Positions 61,301 to 64,000 of a stretch of DNA of 64,000 nucleotides are shown here, in pieces. The DNA comes from Chloropicon primus (taxonomy: Eukaryota): positions 186,001-250,000 of the forward strand of contig CP060760.1 of assembly GCA_023205875.1 (NCBI GenBank). Reading direction: 5' to 3'. Made by a program: the position numbers and the translations under genes. Positions within the stretch are counted from its first letter, which is position 1. Each line of letters opens with the position of its first letter. The notes beneath the pieces are model-generated. The model saw nothing but the letters and a program-made list of their open reading frames with translations, was not told the origin of the DNA and searched no databases.

Positions 61301-63598
61301 AGCGATTTGGACATCCTCATCTTGCTCACTGAAAAGCAAGTATTTCGTCACCAGGCCCCACTGATTGAGCTTGAAGAGATTTTTCGACTTTTGCTGCGCT
61401 GTTTTCCGTCCACCCGAGAATCCCTGAAACGAAAGAAGGAGCTCCGGGGTGCTGCGACCTTCCTCACCAACCATCTTCTTCACGAGGGACAGTACCGAAA
61501 GGCGCTCTGGCTCCTTCAAGTCCAAATCAAGCACATATGCGATGGCAAGAGAGCACCCGATTGCGACCCTGACCCTCGCGCTAGAATCTCTTGACATCTG
61601 AGAGAATATCCCAGACATCTGGGAGCAGTGTGGCCTTCCGATCAAGCCTGGAGCTGCAATAATAATTGCAGCTCGGACGGATTCATTCTTGTCTTGCAAT
61701 CCTATATCCAGCAGCTGCTTGTAGCCCGTCTTGTGCCATGAAGCTGCCATGCCCAGCTTTATCGCGCCAAACTTCGATCCTTTGCTTGCGTTTTGCGTGT
61801 TCCACGGCGAAAGCAGCATCGAAAGGAACGTCTTGGGCCTGCACGTCTTCGGAAGGAAAGACAAAGAAGCGAACGGGCCGATGATTCGAAGGATCTGCAA
61901 GACGGCCATCCCCTCGTTCCTCCTCTCCAGATCATTCTCGTAGAGGGACAAAATGTGCCACACGGACCTCTCAATCCGATCAGTGACCGCTTCATCCAAA
62001 ATGGATTGGCCAAGACTTCGCAAAAACACCAGGATGCCAAGATACTCCATCCTGTCCGTGGCATTCGTAATCGATTCTGCCTCGACGCAGAACTTCTTCA
62101 GATCGTCACTGCTGCGGAAGTTCAGCGCAGGCCTGGTGTGTAACGAGTCAGCAAGTCGACTCGTCTTACTGCTGCTCGCGCGTTCTGACCCTCTTCTCAT
62201 CCTCTTCCTGTCCACTTCCCCAGTGTCCTCGGAATTCGCTCGTTTGCGGTTCTCCAGCAGGGAGAGGTTCTCCTCGGACTGGGTCTGCAGGGCCTTGCTC
62301 TCCCTCTCCTTGATCATAAATTTCATCGCGTTTTGCAGCAGCAGGGGATTGTTTGCAGTTGTCATGAGAAACATAACAAGCTCCTCCATGTTTGTGCCTT
62401 GGGCACCGCCGGTGGAGCTGACGTCCAAAACCATCTCACACAGAGCCCTGGGGAGATCACTTGTCTGGCTGAACTTTGCGCAATTGCAGCAGAGGAACAC
62501 GACATAGTTTGAAATATTCTTGCTCCTTTGCGCCGAAGGGATGGATCTTTGGAAAAACCGCAGGAGTCCTGCCACGCACTTGTCGAAATAGTGATCGCAC
62601 AGCAACGGCTGCGATGACAATAGTGCACATGTTTTCTGCAGGACCGTGTCCATGGCGCCACCCCACGGGTACGCGTGGGCACCCGCGAGCCTCGCGATGG
62701 AGTGAAGGGCTCTGCAGCAATGTGGAAACAGTCCATCGCATTGATCCAAAAGATTCAACACGCTGTCGATCAGGTTTTCGCGCCCCAGAGGAATCGTGGA
62801 GCAGGAGCTCTGGTCCATGCTGTACGCCAAAACGTCCAGGAGAACCTTAAGGGAGCATTCCACCTGGTGAAACGAGGTCAGGGTCAGCGCCAGGCCGCTT
62901 TTGATGTCCTTCCTGTCCATAGCGACGAGTCCCAGCTCCCTGTTCTTATCGTCGTCCTCTCCACCAAGCCTCTGGAAGGCTTCCCTGAAGCCGAAAACCG
63001 TGAGTGGGGTGGACGTTCCCCCGGCGGTGCCCCTCCTGCCCGCCTTGAGGAGGTAGCTGGCGTGCGCGGCGAGCTCTCTCACCGCCGCGCTCGTCCCGGC
63101 CAAGACGCTCCTGGAGACGGCCTTGCTTTCCGAGGCATGCTCCACCAAGGCGAAGAACACCCTCGCGACCGCTTGGGAGGACTCCAAGGAATCGCACGCC
63201 TTGCAGAGGTGGATGAAGTACCGGATCACCCAGTACACCGTCAGGTCCTGGCTCGGGCCGAAGATTGGCGTGAACTGCTTCACGGCCAGCTTCGTCAGCG
63301 AGCATATCGACAGGATCTCTCGCTTGTCGATGGTCTCCCTCTCGCAAAACTCCTCGAGCAGGTTCGGAAGCAGCGACGCGAACCTCGTCCCCACGGCCTC
63401 GTAATCTGCTTGCGTCTGCTTCCCATCCGTCAAGTGGGACGTGAGGTCCTGCAGGAGCGACAGCAACGTTATCCCGGAGTCCCTCCTCCCTCCTCCCGCC
63501 GCCGCCGCCGCCGTCGGAGGGTTGCTTCCGTTGATCAGGATCCCGAGATTGCCAGGAGAGAACCCCTCCGCACTCACGATCACTTCCCCTTCCTCCAT
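55325..63598 (-). CDS. ATR: Serine/threonine kinase ATR (PIKK family), apparently intronless, 2757 aa
   Basis: HEAT region, FAT domain, LQKPK, CKPKDDLRKD.RMMEF, GLGDRHGEN, HVDF.CLFDKG and FATC ending MYIWWMPWF. Confidence 0.96.
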   Translation of the reverse strand: MEEGEVIVSAEGFSPGNLGILINGSNPPTAAAAAGGGRRDSGITLLSLLQDLTSHLTDGKQTQADYEAVGTRFASLLPNLLEEFCERETIDKREILSICSLTKLAVKQFTPIFGPSQDLTVYWVIRYFIHLCKACDSLESSQAVARVFFALVEHASESKAVSRSVLAGTSAAVRELAAHASYLLKAGRRGTAGGTSTPLTVFGFREAFQRLGGEDDDKNRELGLVAMDRKDIKSGLALTLTSFHQVECSLKVLLDVLAYSMDQSSCSTIPLGRENLIDSVLNLLDQCDGLFPHCCRALHSIARLAGAHAYPWGGAMDTVLQKTCALLSSQPLLCDHYFDKCVAGLLRFFQRSIPSAQRSKNISNYVVFLCCNCAKFSQTSDLPRALCEMVLDVSSTGGAQGTNMEELVMFLMTTANNPLLLQNAMKFMIKERESKALQTQSEENLSLLENRKRANSEDTGEVDRKRMRRGSERASSSKTSRLADSLHTRPALNFRSSDDLKKFCVEAESITNATDRMEYLGILVFLRSLGQSILDEAVTDRIERSVWHILSLYENDLERRNEGMAVLQILRIIGPFASLSFLPKTCRPKTFLSMLLSPWNTQNASKGSKFGAIKLGMAASWHKTGYKQLLDIGLQDKNESVRAAIIIAAPGLIGRPHCSQMSGIFSQMSRDSSARVRVAIGCSLAIAYVLDLDLKEPERLSVLSLVKKMVGEEGRSTPELLLSFQGFSGGRKTAQQKSKNLFKLNQWGLVTKYLLFSEQDEDVQIAVLQSLRIVFSSCHPKEVAGSGTFLIELLDWVLNDEGSKGKSKRFHAISSEVVQQMVSKPFLEEMFPGVKSSEFSFLQRMRSDLQKSKTPVAKQLILRVIASVGATPHSQDCLLIALVLLVGFLDNRDWRIKSAAARGLKHIADANQTSLASLISKNPRTLEYIGRNLVNKPRLAREAADVLFNLDEKSLLVLSMPFVLPTLIELQDTKALEALANSVQASSLSEMLLEYGYHAMAEIFVVGADNEQFEAFVNYMEKLTSWGFNSQLDASLHNLLMQVLWKASGLDVEWKNSIIPDDVLTRMKETLSAIAVIVQKLQPPSEPSPSSDSDAVGFLQSEHISMILKGVSDHLKDSGVRQALATSLSPNKEVQAIRCLNIMIELSGHHVKEFTPGFLALLTKGLEVEDEQARIHSVQGFTYFVDALASADPSQLKRIVEPIVVALLPFLEASESPNMNMHDAVIRLMERLVIKYQDQIQTKLRGFPLLPSTPDLNKVNEVIQKSKGKMDESNHLRAIIESLGHDAISVKYSALGELKTFLVLQQEWINRLINSGEESDKTLMNDLLHALFKCSKADLRSKRSLDFSLRCLECLGEVGAIDPRKCTLSIAMEQTLLMAMKSKMSLPASLITSKLSKVLSSTTDLDALDSTAYAIQQILKYYGQPNKTSKGSDDTQESNRNATQSGLWDELSEDVQGVIRPLLKSKYHLTTKMPEKLPVPIIGLFGLTYERWLLLWMRHLITCVPKDHEFRHLFEACSGMLKYDLSTMLFLLPYLILVVVTCGTTDAVRSVKEELKAAVRLGTDVTDVSQDVELRGKSPSRSHLPAKREGDLSFFTLSMQTIFSLLDQFSNWLILTKQFVNKKNSVTELSKTMQSLSIPATTKSIDRVSKLLESVPQISLAHAAYNCGAHARALKHYEMHLRDEVKCKGLNPPAFDGKFNIPDQDLSFLIETYSHLEEPDGIGGLIGMREESRLCDKTLAAEKAGNWSEVLAIYEEALQDGASGDGFMSDGIQDVMSDDERGYLRCLLNMGHHQAMITHISGLTAQFQDKPRTQQLSSYAIASALRLGRWNLLNDLREVSDAASAQASGLDFDVQVASLLQEVPNDAGLNEENFKSKLEMVRKDLLGPLSASSMESYLRVYPVLRRLQVLQEVENAYSFISKINFKKKKLNLKDMERQLGWKERLERTQPSLATREPLMAVRRAIMSFWIPKAESLKMSDQKKNQLLKDQDKFIGSHLLEYAKLCRKAGYHEAAQIAILKAESKHKGIDASLSKAKLLWDMDKKLDAISELKSSLKRPDTSPHETAKKTLHLAHWSSLTGHEQEANLMHLYEQAIVFDPEWEKGYFFFARYVDDLMRDAQQREKSGTGDGEGLRGLHSIRVSRLKHFTQPKKHYEYIPLVLKNYGECIQHGTKTIYQSMPRMLTVWFEFGNEVVRMEKSRTPIPKEIAVKVSDLMLSFLKKVPKAVWLAALPQLISRICHPHPDVLKFTKHILSRTLHAYPDQVLWHLATVANSNVPQRRKGAKEVITAARKRANDDKRQLFQQFERLIDELIRLCHHAPSGKAKTFSISQNFRTLERMMPLDILIPVQNALTLALPPNGVPFGGEPTPGGSGGKSARLSPSALPFESSSHHVTIAQIFDEVEILNSLQKPKVIKVLGSDGREYKFLCKPKDDLRKDTRMMEFANVLNHLLATKSHHLGNASRNLYIRTFAVMPLTEDCGMIEWIENTRGFRHCCQDVYIQENMFDRRTNRQIKDMYDAHFRKQASGTSIKKAREHGFHAQLLDKVLDRFPPRLHKWFLQHFSEPSSWLEARLKFSRSCAVWSVCGHVVGLGDRHGENVLIDSSTGDCVHVDFSCLFDKGLALEKPEVVPFRLTQNMIDAMGVSGYEGVFRKSCETTLRVLRSNKETLLNVLETFVHDPLVEWTHHGTQAGAQASTTNTYARQAMANIASRLSGVVVGVNANPSLPLSAEGQTDRLIAEATSKENLGMMYIWWMPWF

Positions 63599-63927
63599 CT
63601 CTCTCCTTCCCCCTCACGATCGATCGCTCCTCTCCGCCATCCCCTCCTCTCCCCTTCCAAATCCTCACCACGAAGCCGCTTCGCTCAACCGACCACACGA
63701 ACGAAAGATCGAGGCACGACGCTTACGCCTGTTCCCTCCCCTTCCCCCCCTCACTCACTCCCTTGCCGCCCTCTGCGATCGATCGCTTCGCTTCCCCTCC
63801 TCGCCCTTCCTTCCTCTGTCACCGTCGAGTGAGGCGGGAAGTGAGAAGAGGAGGAGCAATCGCGGCGATCGATCATCGATCGAGGACGACGACGAGGACG
63901 CGCGCGCGCCAGGTCGAGAGGGGGCAC

Positions 63928-63967
63928 GAAGAAGAAGAAGAAGAAGAAGAAGAAGAAGAAGAAGAAG
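63928..63967. repeat. (GAA)n microsatellite
   Basis: About 13 GAA units. Confidence 0.9.
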
Positions 63968-64000
63968 CGGCGTTCTCTATCTCTTTCTCTTTCTCTTTCT

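Overview
Gene-dense, intron-poor eukaryotic nuclear DNA from a GC-rich photosynthetic organism. Plastid-targeted cpSRP43, CtpA and SUMT, short GT-AG introns with CTGAC/CTAAT branch points and TGTAA just after many stop codons point to a compact chlorophyte picoalga; a Chloropicon-like prasinophyte is my inference and is not verified. About 33 protein-coding genes can be read, several spliced by eye, including a 3-exon ATG12 that the ORF track shows only as a fragment. There is also an ankyrin-type repeat pseudogene. No rRNA, tRNA or CRISPR was seen. The strongest unexplained signal is non-coding: at least eight loci carry direct duplications with offsets of 167-184 bp, about one nucleosome repeat. 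One is a 3 x 168-bp hairpin-forming array in the eIF4A 5'-UTR intron, and another lies in a 243-bp element present as two inverted copies (5 mismatches) 5.6 kb apart. Other highlights are a probable domesticated hAT transposase, a head-to-head pair of bacterial-type peptidases (PepE with a lipobox-like signal and a cyanobacterial-type M23), and an FKBP-saposin-KDEL fusion. All family assignments come from motif recognition, not database searches.
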